Assembly (NCBI GenBank): GCA_002269645.1
Contig: NIVC01002710.1
Span: forward strand, 1-51,574
DNA length: 51,574 bases
Direction: 5' to 3'
From: Macrostomum lignano
Taxonomy: Eukaryota
In this document: positions 50,894 to 51,574 of the stretch, in pieces
Layout: the number at the start of each line of letters is the position of its first letter
Numbering within the stretch: the stretch's first letter is position 1
Program-made: the position numbers and the translations under genes
The notes under the pieces: model-generated
The model's input: the letters and a program-made list of their open reading frames with translations, nothing else
Database searches by the model: none
Told to the model about the DNA's origin: nothing

Positions 50894-51164
50894 TATTTTA
50901 TAACTATTTACAGCTCGCACTGGCATTTCAATTTTACTGCTGTCCCGTGCTGTCACCTTTTTTGCTCCTCTGCGTTGGTTTTTTAATAATTAACTTTATT
51001 TTTTCGCTTTCGGCACTGCATTTTTATCCACTAACAAAATACATAACCAGCTCGATGACTCCGTGCCAACTCTGTCCCGGCTACATTAACTGAGCAGCAC
51101 CTGAACTTGCGATTGGTCACCGCTCTGCTTTCATCTCCTTTGGCAGAGTTGCCTAGTTTAGATT

Positions 51165-51574
51165 AGCCATCCATTCTGTTCTTCATCAGTGATGCTGGCT
51201 AGATCAGCAATCCATTCTATCCTTCATCTGTGATGCTGGCTAGATTAGCAATCCATTCTATCCTTCATCAGTGATGCTGGCTAGATTAGCAATCCATATT
51301 CTATCACTTCATCAGTGATGTTGGCTAGATTAGCAATCCATTCTATCCTTCATCAGTGATGCTGGCTAGATTAGCAATCCATATTCTATCACTTCATCAG
51401 TGATGTTGGCTAGATTAGCAATCCATTCTATCCTTCATCAGTGATGCTGGCTAGATTAGCAATCCTAAATAATACAGTCTCGATAGAGTTTCATATTTTG
51501 CTATTTAATTGTAACCATGGTTACGAATAGAGTTTCGCTGCGTTCTGCTACTCACAAGCAATTTTCCCTAATTC
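51165..51574. repeat. Second copy of the 41-bp array plus its unique right flank (duplicate of ~27180..27735), truncated by the window end
   Basis: cctaaataatacagtctcgatagagtttc..caagcaattttccctaattc is shared, with two small indels. Confidence 0.95.

Overview
Eukaryotic (intron-containing) genomic DNA: GC-rich exons, AT-rich spacers, and a tandem-repeat array in most introns. This layout resembles the flatworm Macrostomum (inference only). Four intact housekeeping genes can be spliced by hand with GT-AG sites and consistent phases: GTF2H1/TFIIH p62 (minus, 3 exons), mitochondrial protein-only RNase P PRORP (minus, 6 exons), a SNX5/6-type SNX-BAR (plus, 6 exons, head-to-head with PRORP) and MCM3 (plus, 10 exons). 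Between SNX5/6 and MCM3 lies a frameshifted gene not recoverable from the ORF track, encoding a signal peptide plus AbfB/CBM42-like beta-trefoil repeats. Mobile DNA includes a CMC (CACTA/Mirage/Chapaev) transposase running off the left edge, a full-length D,D34D mariner, a Harbinger deletion derivative, MULE-like and hAT non-autonomous elements with TSDs, and small foldback MITEs. About 25 tandem arrays are present, several related to each other in informative orientations. Inferred frameshifts are almost all -1 and occur only in the transposases and the AbfB-like gene, which suggests long-read consensus errors. All motif calls are from recall, not database searches.
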